DNA of 64,000 bases from a bacterium (GTDB lineage: Bacteria > JADJOY01), in NCBI GenBank assembly GCA_046331705.1, contig JAXLQJ010000016.1, forward strand, positions 1-64,000, read 5' to 3'. This document shows, one piece after another, positions 17,704 through 27,288 of the stretch. Each line of letters begins with the position of its first letter. Positions within the stretch are counted from its first letter, which is position 1. A program made the translations under genes and the position numbers. The notes under the pieces were generated by a model. It was not told the DNA's origin. It ran no database searches and saw only the letters and a list, made by a program, of their open reading frames with translations.

Positions 17704-19881
17704 TCAGGACTGCGGTCGCCGGATGCCGAGCTTCTTCATGCGGCTGCGCAGCGTGCTGGCGTTGATGCCGAGCTGCTCGGCGGCGCCGCCCTTGCCCTCG
17801 ATCATCCAGCGTGTGCGCTCGAGGACGTCTTGGATGTGCTGGCGCTGAGCCTCGTCCAGGCTCGCGGCGGCGGCGAGGGGCGGCGGCGCGGAGACGCCGG
17901 CGGGGCCGCTCGTGGCGCGCGGCTCGAACGAGGGGATGCCGCGGGTCGTGAGCAGCTCGGGGCCGATGTCGATCACCGAGCCCGTGGCCAGCACCACCGC
18001 GCGCTCGATCACGTTCGAGAGCTCGCGCACGTTGCCCGGCCAGTCGTAGGCGCGCAGTCGATCGAGCGAGCCCCTGCTCAGACCTTCGACGCGCTTGCCC
18101 AGCTCGCGAGCGAAGCGATCCGCGAAGAAGCTCGCCAGAAGCTCGACGTCGCCCTCGCGCGAGCGCAGCGGCGGCATGAGAATCGGCACCACGTTGAGCC
18201 GGAAGTAGAGGTCGGCGCGGAAGCGGCCGGCGGCGACCTCCGCGCCGAGATCGCGGTTGGTGGCGGCGATGAGCCGCACGTCCACCTTCTTGCTCTTGTC
18301 GCTACCGACCGGCTCGATCTCGCGCTCCTGGAGCACGCGCAGGAGCTTCACCTGCGTGTCGAGCGGCAGCTCGCCGATCTCGTCCAAGAAGATCGTGCCG
18401 CCGTTCGCGACCTCGAACCGGCCCATCCGATCGCCGAGTGCACCGGTGAAGGCACCGCGCACGTGCCCGAAGAGCTCGCTCTCCACCAGCCCGGCGGAGA
18501 TCGCCGAGCAATTCACCTTGACGAGCGGCCGCTCGCGGCGCGGGCTCTTGTCGTGGATGGCGCGCGCGATCAGCTCCTTGCCGGTGCCCGTCTCGCCGAG
18601 GATCAGCACGGTGGATGGCGTGGGCGCCACCGTCTGCACCACGGACAAGACCTTCTGGATGGCCGGGCTCCTGCCGACGATCTCGTCGAAGTCGTGGAGC
18701 TCCTGGATCTCTTCCTTGAGGTAGACGTTCTCGGCAGCCAAGCGGTCGCGAAACGCCGCGAGCTCCTCGTAGGCGAAGCAATTGTCGACCGCCACCGCCA
18801 CCGCGCTCGCCACCCGCTCGAGGAGCGTGACCGGTATCTCCTTGTAGGCGCCCGCTTGGGTGGACATGAAGAAAAGCGCGCCGAAGCTGCGTTCCTCGCG
18901 GATCAGCGGCAACGCACAGAGCGCCTCCATGCCCTCGCGCTCCATCACCGCGAAGGTCTTCGGGAAGCGCTCGCGGAGATCCTCGCGGGTGGCGGCGGCG
19001 TACCAGCGGCGATTCTCCTGCGCCCAGCGGCACGCGGTGCCCGCCGACGCGAAATCCTCGATCATCGGCCCGCGCGCGGGCTGATCCATCGCGAGCACGT
19101 GCACGCGCAGCGATTCTGGGCCGGTGGGGATCTCGATGCCGAAGCGCTCGCAGCGCAGGAGCGGCTTCACGCAGCGCGCGAGCTCGGCGAAGAGTGCCGC
19201 CCGGTTGAGATGGCGGGTGCTCGACTGGTTGATCTCGAGCAGCGCCTGTAGCTCGCCATACGCGAGGTCGAGCCGCTGCTTCGCGAATTGCAGATCGGTG
19301 CGGGCGCTCTCGAGCCGCACCTCGAGATCGTCGAAGGCGCGCCGCAGCACGGTCTCCGCGTGCAGCCGCTCCATCTCGACGCGCGCCCGGTTGGCGAAGA
19401 CGTCGAAGATCGCGATGCCGCGCGGATCGCCGGTCATCGGCCGCGTGTCGAGCGCCGCCAAGTGGCCGAGCGTCTGCCCGTGCGCGCCCTTGAGCGGCAC
19501 GCCGAGATAGCTGCGCACGCCCATGTCCACGAGGCCCGTGTCTTCGGGAAAGAGCTGCGCGACTCCGTCCTTGTAGAGGCAGTACTGCCCCTGCACGACC
19601 TTCTCGCAAGGCGTTCCCGGCAGGTCCCATTCGAGGTTGGGCGCCCAATCCCCGTCGTTCCAGAACGCGATGGTGCGCACCCGCTTCGAGTCCCCTGCGA
19701 ACTCGGCCACGAACGTGTAAGCGACATTCAGCGACTGCGCGAGGTTCTTCACCAGCGCACGCATGAAGTCGAGCCCCGCCTTGTCGGCGGTGGCTTCGAC
19801 CACCGGCCGAAAAGCGAGCTCCGCGTTCCACTTCTCGAAGGATGGAGCGTCGCTCGATTCGTGCTCTCGGCTGGGTAGCAT
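17704..19881 (-). CDS. Sigma54-dependent activator, FhlA-like (GAF-GAF-AAA+-HTH)
   Basis: GETGTGKE, ESELFGHVRGAFTGA, FLDEIGE, WPGNVREL, Fis-type HTH. Confidence 0.95.
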   Translation of the reverse strand: MLPSREHESSDAPSFEKWNAELAFRPVVEATADKAGLDFMRALVKNLAQSLNVAYTFVAEFAGDSKRVRTIAFWNDGDWAPNLEWDLPGTPCEKVVQGQYCLYKDGVAQLFPEDTGLVDMGVRSYLGVPLKGAHGQTLGHLAALDTRPMTGDPRGIAIFDVFANRARVEMERLHAETVLRRAFDDLEVRLESARTDLQFAKQRLDLAYGELQALLEINQSSTRHLNRAALFAELARCVKPLLRCERFGIEIPTGPESLRVHVLAMDQPARGPMIEDFASAGTACRWAQENRRWYAAATREDLRERFPKTFAVMEREGMEALCALPLIREERSFGALFFMSTQAGAYKEIPVTLLERVASAVAVAVDNCFAYEELAAFRDRLAAENVYLKEEIQELHDFDEIVGRSPAIQKVLSVVQTVAPTPSTVLILGETGTGKELIARAIHDKSPRRERPLVKVNCSAISAGLVESELFGHVRGAFTGALGDRMGRFEVANGGTIFLDEIGELPLDTQVKLLRVLQEREIEPVGSDKSKKVDVRLIAATNRDLGAEVAAGRFRADLYFRLNVVPILMPPLRSREGDVELLASFFADRFARELGKRVEGLSRGSLDRLRAYDWPGNVRELSNVIERAVVLATGSVIDIGPELLTTRGIPSFEPRATSGPAGVSAPPPLAAAASLDEAQRQHIQDVLERTRWMIEGKGGAAEQLGINASTLRSRMKKLGIRRPQS

Positions 19882-21230
19882 CGTGGACCTCGGCTGGTGC
19901 GCCGGCTGGCGCAAGACACCCGATTACCCCGCCGCGGTCAGGCGCGTCTACCGGCGCGCCCGCCAGCATCGGCGAGCTTCACCGCCCTCCGCGAGCGGGG
20001 ATTGCTGCAGGACCCGGTGCGGCCCTGAGCAGTGCCGACCAGCTCGCGCGTTGCCGAGCGACCCGCCGGCCAGGGTAGCGCGGACACCGCTTCCGCCCGC
20101 CGTCATGGCCCCACGCTCGGCAGTCGACACTGCGAGCGCCTGAAACGGATTCTCATCGAGTCCCTGCAGAGGCCACCGTGCTCAGGGGACCGGCGCGTGC
20201 GCCCCAGGGACGCACCGCATCGACGCCGACGCGGCGCATGAGGCGCAGGTTGCTGCACAGCCGAGCGAACACGCCTACCACCCAACCGCGATCAAGTCCC
20301 ACGGGAGCTGATCCAGACTGCTCAGCCACGAGCCGACGGCGGAGGCCTGCCACTACGGCCCGAACGATCTGGATAGAATCCTCTCGCAACGTGCGTACCG
20401 AACGCCTTCATGCGTTTCGTTCCACCGCCCTTTCCTTGCCCTGGCGGCGTCGCCTTCTCGGCTGCGACTCGCTTCATGTACGAGCCAACTGAGACCGCTC
20501 CACTTCCGACGTCCACGCGATCCATTCGGTCGCCGGTACTTCGCCGATTCGCTCCGCCGCGAGAGCATCGGCACGACCCGCGACATCGAGTGCCGCCTAC
20601 ACGCCGATGCGACTACGGTACGGCGCATCGTCCCGCGCTCGCACTCACACCAGTCGACCGTCAGCGAGGCTGGCGCCCTCGGCGCCTTCGTGTGGCAGCG
20701 TGCCCCTGGCGACGTCGCGGCTTCGTGGGCGTCAGACGACTTTGCCATCAGCGGTCGCCCAGCGGTCCTTCGCCTCGATGGTGGCGGCGCGTTCGAGTAC
20801 CCGCTCCTCTTCGCCAGCCCTGATTCCGCCGAGGTTCGGCATCTTCCTCGTATTCCTACGGCTAGCCCCATTCCAGGGCCGACGACTTCACTCACCTCAC
20901 GGACTTGCCAGCAACGCGACCACGCGCCGAACCGAGCGCTCGAACGAGGCGGCCCTGTTGAGCAGCTGCAGCCGAATCGTCCCGACGAGGTTGCGCTCTC
21001 AGGCCGAGCCCGGCCGTCCGGGTTTCCAGGACGCCGCCGGTCGGGCCTTGACCGGGGGGACGATCCTCTTCAACAATTCGACAAGAGAAGACGTACACGG
21101 TACCCCCTACAGCCAATTCGAACGAGGCCCTGGCCAGATCGAAGTAGGTGCTCGTCCCGGACGTCTCACAACCCCGGCCCGAGCACGCTGAATAGATTTT
21201 CGTTCGACGCGCTTAATGAGACTGAGCGGT

Positions 21231-22232
21231 ATGGCTGACTTGAGATTCGAATTGAACAGCAGCTAAACCCTGTTGCCGACGAAGTGTCAGCGTTGAGCTG
21301 TCGTGCGACTGATTCTTGAAGGTGTCCTTTATCGGTCAAGTCGGAAGTGATTGCGTGGCGGCTCTGGAGGATACGACAACTGCACCTGAGATGTTGTCAC
21401 GTATCTACCGTCCCGGCGACGGCGATTGCGGCCTCCTGTTTTGAATACGCCGCACGATGCCAGCGAACAGGGCGAAGCCCTGTCCTCGAACGGGTAGACG
21501 ATGCACTGACGACGCCTGCAAGGTACGGGACGGAATCCACGGCCTCTGTCCTGTTCGGGCTCGAGAAGAACGGTGCAGTCAAGGTGATCGATAGCGCCAA
21601 GGCACAGCTGACGGACGAATCGGCGCTGCTCTACGGCACACGGGGACGGCCGGCGAAGTTGCGGATCCTACGTAGACTACCTTGCAACAGCGTTCCGGCG
21701 GCCAAGCGCGAGACCTGCGTTGCCTTACAGTATCTCTGGGCTGTGGAAGGCGGACCTGTTTATCGGGCATACCGACACCGACAAATGGAGCCTACATCCG
21801 TGAAAATAAATCCCAGCCAACTTACAGAAGCGAAAGGCTTTAAGAATCGGCATCGTGCTCCTCGCGACAAGGTAGAGCGACCGTGTCTTCAAGGATGATT
21901 CGAAGAACCTTGTTGTGTGCCCTGTTCCCCATGATCACGCTTTCATGGAGGTGTTTTATCAAGGCTGGGGAATCGTCCAGCAGTTCATTTTTGCCGATGC
22001 AAAGCTACCTAAAGAGGTCAATTTGCCTCGTCCGGCTGATCGGCAGGTAGCGCGGTATCTTGAAGATCGGCGCTCGTTCGCCGCACGAGATGTGATCGAC
22101 GCCTCCTCGCCGTTGGCGCAGCCCGAGCCACCAGCAGCGAAGAGAAAGTGGCTTCGGTCCAGAGTCAGCGGAGAGCGTTTGACTTCGTTACCGGATCTCG
22201 TGTTGGCTCCGTCACCACGCCTGACGAAATGA
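21231..22232 (+). pseudogene. Multiply frameshifted gene, candidate PD-(D/E)xK restriction-like nuclease
   Basis: Protein-like blocks across shifting frames: MLSRIYRPGDGDCG, CFEYA, VLERVDDAL, SVLFGLEKNG, SISGLWKADLFIG, SVKINPSQL, KNLVVCPVPHDHAFMEVFYQGWG; low GC. Confidence 0.6.
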
Positions 22233-22317
22233 ACGCCAAGCAGGGAGCGCAGCTGTCGTTGTGAGCTGACACCCCCGAGGGTGCCGCCGCCGAGCCGCAA
22301 GCGCTAAGTGTGACAGG

Positions 22318-22540
22318 ATGGAAGAATCGATTCTCGATCCGGTCATCGCGATCCTGGCTCGCCTTGATCGGCGTGTTGCTCAACAACATCCGAACTGGCC
22401 GGATCGAGGCCATCCGGCCAGGAATCGTTCGGGCCGAGAATCCGGTTGCGTTCTGGATCGGCGCCGCCATCACCGAGGCCAGCGGCGTTGGCGCGCTCGT
22501 GTCGATCGTACTTGGCTGGTACGCGGTACTGTTTCGGTGA
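22318..22540 (+). pseudogene. Small two-TM membrane protein with frameshift near the 5' end
   Basis: MEESILDPVIAILA continues in another frame as LALIGVLLNNIRTGRI..RAENPVAFWIGAAI..WYAVLFR*. Confidence 0.4.
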
Positions 22541-22792
22541 AGGCGGGGAGGCCCTGGCCGACAGGTTGGCCTCGAGCGCCGGTGTTCGTAGATCGTCTTC
22601 GCATAGCTCTTTGCTCCAGCCGACGGGCCGCGCCGTCGGCTGAGCGCTGCGTCGGCCAGAAGAATTCGCCGTGATTCGAGACGCGAGCGTGGTCGCCGCC
22701 GTTTTCTGGGTCTTCTTGGGTACGGGGTGTGCCACTGTGTCCGAGCCTGGCGCGCTGAAGCCGGCCATGATTCCGCAGTCGGTGGATGATGC

Positions 22793-23300
22793 GTGGACGG
22801 CAACGTGGATGTGATCGCGAACCCGTGGAAGCTCAGCCGCCCGACTGCCCTTCCTATGGTTGGCCCCGGTGAGATCGGCCTGGACGTCGGCTTGGTGACC
22901 GCCAGGCGAAGGGTGGTGGAGTCCGAGTCGGGATTCCTTCATCTGCATCCCATTTCGCCAGGGGAGCGGGCGCGGCTTCGCTTTCGAGGAATCGTCCCGC
23001 AGGACCGGCCCCCGCCGGGCCGAAAGCTGCAGGCTCGATCCACGGAGACTTTCCTCGAGTGCGTCCTTTTCCTCGAGTGCGTCGTCGATGGTGAGCGTGC
23101 TGGTGAGGTCGTCGTCACGGGCGAGAGAAAAGACGCTCGCTTTGACTTGCGGAAGTACGCAGGTCGAGACGTTGAAATCGTGCTCACCGATCGGCCCGGT
23201 GGATCCCTCGAGTGGCAGTTCGAGGACGCGTACATCGACCGGATTGCCAAGCTCGGGCTGACGGTATCGCCTGCGGGAAGTTCGTGCGATTCCGTGGAGC
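22793..23300 (+). CDS. Hypothetical protein fragment (boundaries uncertain)
   Basis: Protein-like beta-rich text GFLHLHP..LECVVDGERAGEVVV..FDLRKYAGRDVEIVL; contains a 16-bp tandem duplication. Confidence 0.35.
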
Positions 23301-23428
23301 AAGAGTGGTTGAGCGGCGAGCCGGACGAACTCCGCGCAGCGCGCCATGGTCGCTCGGCAAGGTCGTGCTTGACGACAGGCGGTCGCGATGGAAGACTGAT
23401 CGCCCCCGCCGCAGACAGGCGTAACCTC

Positions 23429-23929
23429 ATGAAACGATTTAAGCGGCTCGGATGCTTCGCGTGGCTTGGCGCAACTGCTTTGGTCTTATCGCGGGCGCGT
23501 GCGGCGGCGATTCCGGGAGCCCGGGCTACCCTTGCGCCGCTTGCTGGGGTGAGGCGCAGGCGTCAACGCTCATTCGGGCACGAATTCCACCGGCAAGGAC
23601 TTTGAGGTGCACATCAGCGGATCGCCTGCAGCTCACGGCCACCACGACTTCATCGATCTCAGCGAATCGCCTGAACGACTGTGCCTTCGACTTTCGCCAT
23701 CTTCGACGCCTACGCCCTGGTTGGTACCGATGGTGCATTCGCGGCGAGTCTGGCCGGTGATCCAAGGTTCCTACCAGCGGCACCATCTCCGACGTGTTGG
23801 TGAGCGCGTGTTGTCCTGCGATGGGACCTCGCGCAGGGGACCACGACAGTAGCGCGCAACAACGGCTGCGAGGCGGAGACCTTCACCTGGGAAGCACGCG
23901 CATCGCTCTCTCAAGAGTGCGCGTACTGA
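23429..23929 (+). pseudogene. Frameshifted lipoprotein
   Basis: MKRFKRLGCFAWLGATALVL [shift] GACGGDSGSPG ... [shifts] TTTVARNNGCEAETFTWEARASLSQECAY*. Confidence 0.45.
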
Positions 23930-24398
23930 AGCCGGTCGCCGGAGTCGTGCATCGGCCGGCAAGGCCCAGCATGCCGGTCAGCCGGACCCGTCGCTGCATG
24001 CCGGCGATCTCGCGAGCCACGCGCGCCCGCGTGGCAGTCGCTTGGGCGACCTACAGCGCGAGGCGGATTGACGCTCTGTTCGCCCGGCGGGTCGATCCGT
24101 GATCGCAGGCGTTATGCCGCGACGCTCGCGCATCGGTGGTCGAGCGTTGTACTGCCGCGATGGGGAGGATCTTCCGCGAATCGGCGCCGCCCTCGTCGTT
24201 TCCCGTGGTGGCGGGTACCCGCTCTGCGTGCTCGGCTCAGGGCGACAGCCGAACGACGGATCGATCCCGATTGGTGCTCGCCCGAAGGCGATCCTCGTGG
24301 TGGAGCGATGGTGGCTGGCCCCGGCGTAGCCGGGCGGTGTGGCGATCTCGAGGGCGGGCTGGCCCATGCGCTGGCGGTGACTCGTGAATCGTTCGTCG

Positions 24399-24893
24399 AT
24401 GCCGAACTCCGTCCTTCGACCGGCGGTGCCGGCGGATCGCGCGGGGTTTCTGGCCATGGCGCTGCGCTCGTGGCTCGACGCGTACGCGACGTTGCTCGCG
24501 CCGGAGGTGGTGGCGGGGGCGCCGGCGATGCTCGAGCGGGCGTTCGACAAGCGGTGGTGGGAGCTGCGTGTGGCCGTGAGCGACCAGGCGGTGCTGGGCT
24601 TCTACTCGCTGGGTGCGGCGGACGATCCGAGCCACAGGAACTATCTCTGGCATCTGTACGTCGATCCGGAGTTTCATCGGCGCGGCGTCGGGCGCGCGCT
24701 CAACGCCGCGGCGCTGGCCGAGATCGCGGGGCGCGGCGAGACCACGGCATGGCTGGACGTGCTCGTGGCCAACGAGCGGGCGCGGGCCTTCTATCGCGCG
24801 CTCGGGTGGCGCGAGGCGCGCGTGGAAACGAGCGACGATTACGACCTGGTGATCCTGGAGTGCGACGTTCCCGCGCCGGCGGCGGGTGGCTGA
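24399..24893 (+). CDS. GNAT N-acetyltransferase
   Basis: LYVDPEFHRRGVGRAL, WLDVLVANERARAFYRALGW. Confidence 0.9.
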   Translation: MPNSVLRPAVPADRAGFLAMALRSWLDAYATLLAPEVVAGAPAMLERAFDKRWWELRVAVSDQAVLGFYSLGAADDPSHRNYLWHLYVDPEFHRRGVGRALNAAALAEIAGRGETTAWLDVLVANERARAFYRALGWREARVETSDDYDLVILECDVPAPAAGG

Positions 24894-24908
24894 GCGTCGT
24901 GCGGGCGT

Positions 24909-25424
24909 TCACGAAGCGCGCTTCGTTCCCTGCCAGGTGCCGGCGTAGGTGCCCTCGTAGGTGACGCCTTCGCGCGAGCCGGCGAGGTCGCCGGCGATGT
25001 CCGCGGTGAGCGTGTTGCCCGCGAGCGAGAGGCTGCCGCCGATGGTCACGGTGCGGAACGTGTCGCTCGCCAGGAAGCCGGTGCAGCTCTGATCGGGAAC
25101 GATCTGGGCGGTGCTCTCGGCGATCCGATCCAGGGAGATCGAGCACACGCCGCCGGTGCGATTGGAAACACCCGTGAGCCGCACGTCCGCGGAATCGCCG
25201 CGGGTGAGCGTGAGGACGGCGGAGTCGTCGTAGGGTTGTGGCTCGATGTCGGCCGGCTCGGTGAAGGTGAGCGTGGCCTGGAAGACCACGTCGTAAACGC
25301 CGGCGAGCGGGCCCGCGCCGTCGAAGCCGTCACCCGACGACGAGTCGCTGCCGCAGCCGGTCATCGCGAGGCAGAGCGTTGCCGCGAGCGCCAGGAATGC
25401 GTGAGATCGCGTTCGAAGCTCCAT
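24909..25424 (-). CDS. Hypothetical lipoprotein
   Basis: GGAGG RBS, lipobox MTGC followed by GSDSSS linker; beta-strand-rich. Confidence 0.75.
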   Translation of the reverse strand: MELRTRSHAFLALAATLCLAMTGCGSDSSSGDGFDGAGPLAGVYDVVFQATLTFTEPADIEPQPYDDSAVLTLTRGDSADVRLTGVSNRTGGVCSISLDRIAESTAQIVPDQSCTGFLASDTFRTVTIGGSLSLAGNTLTADIAGDLAGSREGVTYEGTYAGTWQGTKRAS

Positions 25425-25565
25425 GGTTCGTCCTCCGCTGCCGAGGTGGTTCGCGCGGCGCGCAGCCGGCGGCGATGGCGATTCGCCGACCCGTGGCTTG
25501 CGCCGCGCCGCGTGCAATTGCTAGAGGATCTCAAGGACCGCGTGTTGGCAATTCCTGGGGGGGAC

Positions 25566-26987
25566 ATGGGCGCTCGAATCTTCGGACCGAGTGACGAGAA
25601 TGCCGGGGCGCGAGCGGCGCGGCGGTTGGTCTTGGGTGTGCTGGCGCTGGTGCTGGGGGGAGGCGTCGCCGAGGCCACGACGATCACCGTGACGGGGACG
25701 GCCGACGAGAACTCGAGCTCGTTGCCGAACGTGGTGTGCACGCTGCGGGAGGCGGTCATCGCCGCCAACACCAACGCCGCGGTCGGCGCTTGCGCGGCGG
25801 GCTCGGTGGCGATGGACACGATCGTGCTGCCGGCGGGCACTTACGGGCTCACCCTCGCCGGAACCGGCGAGGACGCCGCGCAAACCGGGGACCTGGACCT
25901 CCTGGGCGACGTCGAGATCGTGGGCGCTGGCGCGTCCGCGACCACCATCGACGCCAACGGGCTCGATCGCATCTTCGACGTGCGCGCTCGCGACGTCGAT
26001 CTTCGGCTGAGCGGGGTCACGCTGCGCGGCGGCAACGCCACCGTGGGGGTCTGGGGGAAGATGGGCGGGGCGGTCTCGTTGACGGGAACCGATCCGCTCC
26101 CGCCCTTCGGCTACACCGATTGCACGGCGTGCACGCTCACCCTCGAGGATTCGGTGGTGCGCGACAACGTGGCGATCGACGGCGGTGCTGGGGTCTTCAT
26201 CTTCGGTGCCTCGGCGGCGAGCCACATCACGCGCAGCACGTTCACCAACAATCAGTCGTCCACGGTGAGCGACGTCTACATCACCGTGAGCTCGATCGAG
26301 ATCACGGACTCCACCCTGGACGCCAACGTGGGAGCGGGCGTGGCGGCGGTGGGCGCCGCAGGTGGCCTGATCACGCTGGATCGTTCCACCGTGAGCAACA
26401 ACGGCGCCGGTGTGGGCGTCGACGGCTTCGACGTCCCGGGGCTGCCGTACCTCTTCGGCTCGGCGACGATCCGGAACTCGACCATCAGCGGCAACGCGTA
26501 CGTGGGACTCTACGGCGGCAACGCGTACGTCACGGTCGAGAGCTCCACCATCGTCGCCCCCACCGGAGCCATCGCCGTGCAGGGTGCCTACTCCACGACC
26601 TTCGCGAACACGCTCGTGTCCGGCTACTGCTTTCCCGGCTCGTATCCGACGTCGTTCGGCGGCAACCTCGAGAGCCCCGGCAACCTGTGCGGCTTCACCG
26701 GCACGGGCGATCAGGTGAACGTGGCGAACCCGAAGCTCGGGCCGCTCGGTAGCTACGGCGGCTACACGAAGACGCACAACCTGCAGCCGGGAAGCCCAGC
26801 GATCGGCGCTGGGCTCGCAGCCAATTGTCCCGCCACCGATCAGCGCGGGATCGCGCGTCCCGCGCCCGCGAGCGGCAACTGCGACGTAGGAGCGTACGAG
26901 GCGACCGGTTGTGGTGCATCGCTGTCCGTGGCCGGCGCGGCGCCGCTCGCCCTCGCGTTGCGGCGCCGCCGTCCCCGTCGCTGCTGA
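25566..26987 (+). CDS. Secreted CSLREA / choice-of-anchor Q protein with MYXO-CTERM-like tail
   Basis: CTLREAV, GDLDL, TTIDANGLDRIF, LGSYGGYTKT, DQRG..CDVGAYE; tail GCGASLSVAGAAPLALALRRRR. Confidence 0.87.
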   Translation: MGARIFGPSDENAGARAARRLVLGVLALVLGGGVAEATTITVTGTADENSSSLPNVVCTLREAVIAANTNAAVGACAAGSVAMDTIVLPAGTYGLTLAGTGEDAAQTGDLDLLGDVEIVGAGASATTIDANGLDRIFDVRARDVDLRLSGVTLRGGNATVGVWGKMGGAVSLTGTDPLPPFGYTDCTACTLTLEDSVVRDNVAIDGGAGVFIFGASAASHITRSTFTNNQSSTVSDVYITVSSIEITDSTLDANVGAGVAAVGAAGGLITLDRSTVSNNGAGVGVDGFDVPGLPYLFGSATIRNSTISGNAYVGLYGGNAYVTVESSTIVAPTGAIAVQGAYSTTFANTLVSGYCFPGSYPTSFGGNLESPGNLCGFTGTGDQVNVANPKLGPLGSYGGYTKTHNLQPGSPAIGAGLAANCPATDQRGIARPAPASGNCDVGAYEATGCGASLSVAGAAPLALALRRRRPRRC

Positions 26988-27046
26988 ATGCGCGCGGCGC
27001 GCTCGAGGTGCAGCGCGAGCCCGCTCGAGAAATCGTGTCGGCACCG

Positions 27047-27077
27047 TTGACACGCGCATCGCGCTGCCGGCCATAAT
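27047..27077 (+). promoter_or_regulatory. Candidate sigma70-type promoter TTGACA-N19-CATAAT
   Basis: Consensus -35 at 27047-27052 and near-consensus -10 at 27072-27077 in GC-rich intergenic DNA. Confidence 0.45.
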
Positions 27078-27288
27078 TTTCGACCTTCGCTGAAAGTCGA
27101 CTCGTTCCACACGCCAGCTCGTTGCGGTGGCGTGTGGGTCATCTTGGGCCGGCGACTCGTGTCGCCAGGCTCGGCGAGAGACGACTGCTCGCGGAGCAGA
27201 TCGTGCCGGATGGCTGGCGCGACGAGTGACTCGGTCCGCGAGGCGAGCCGCGCGGGCCACGGGAGAACGGGATGGGGGCGACGTGACG

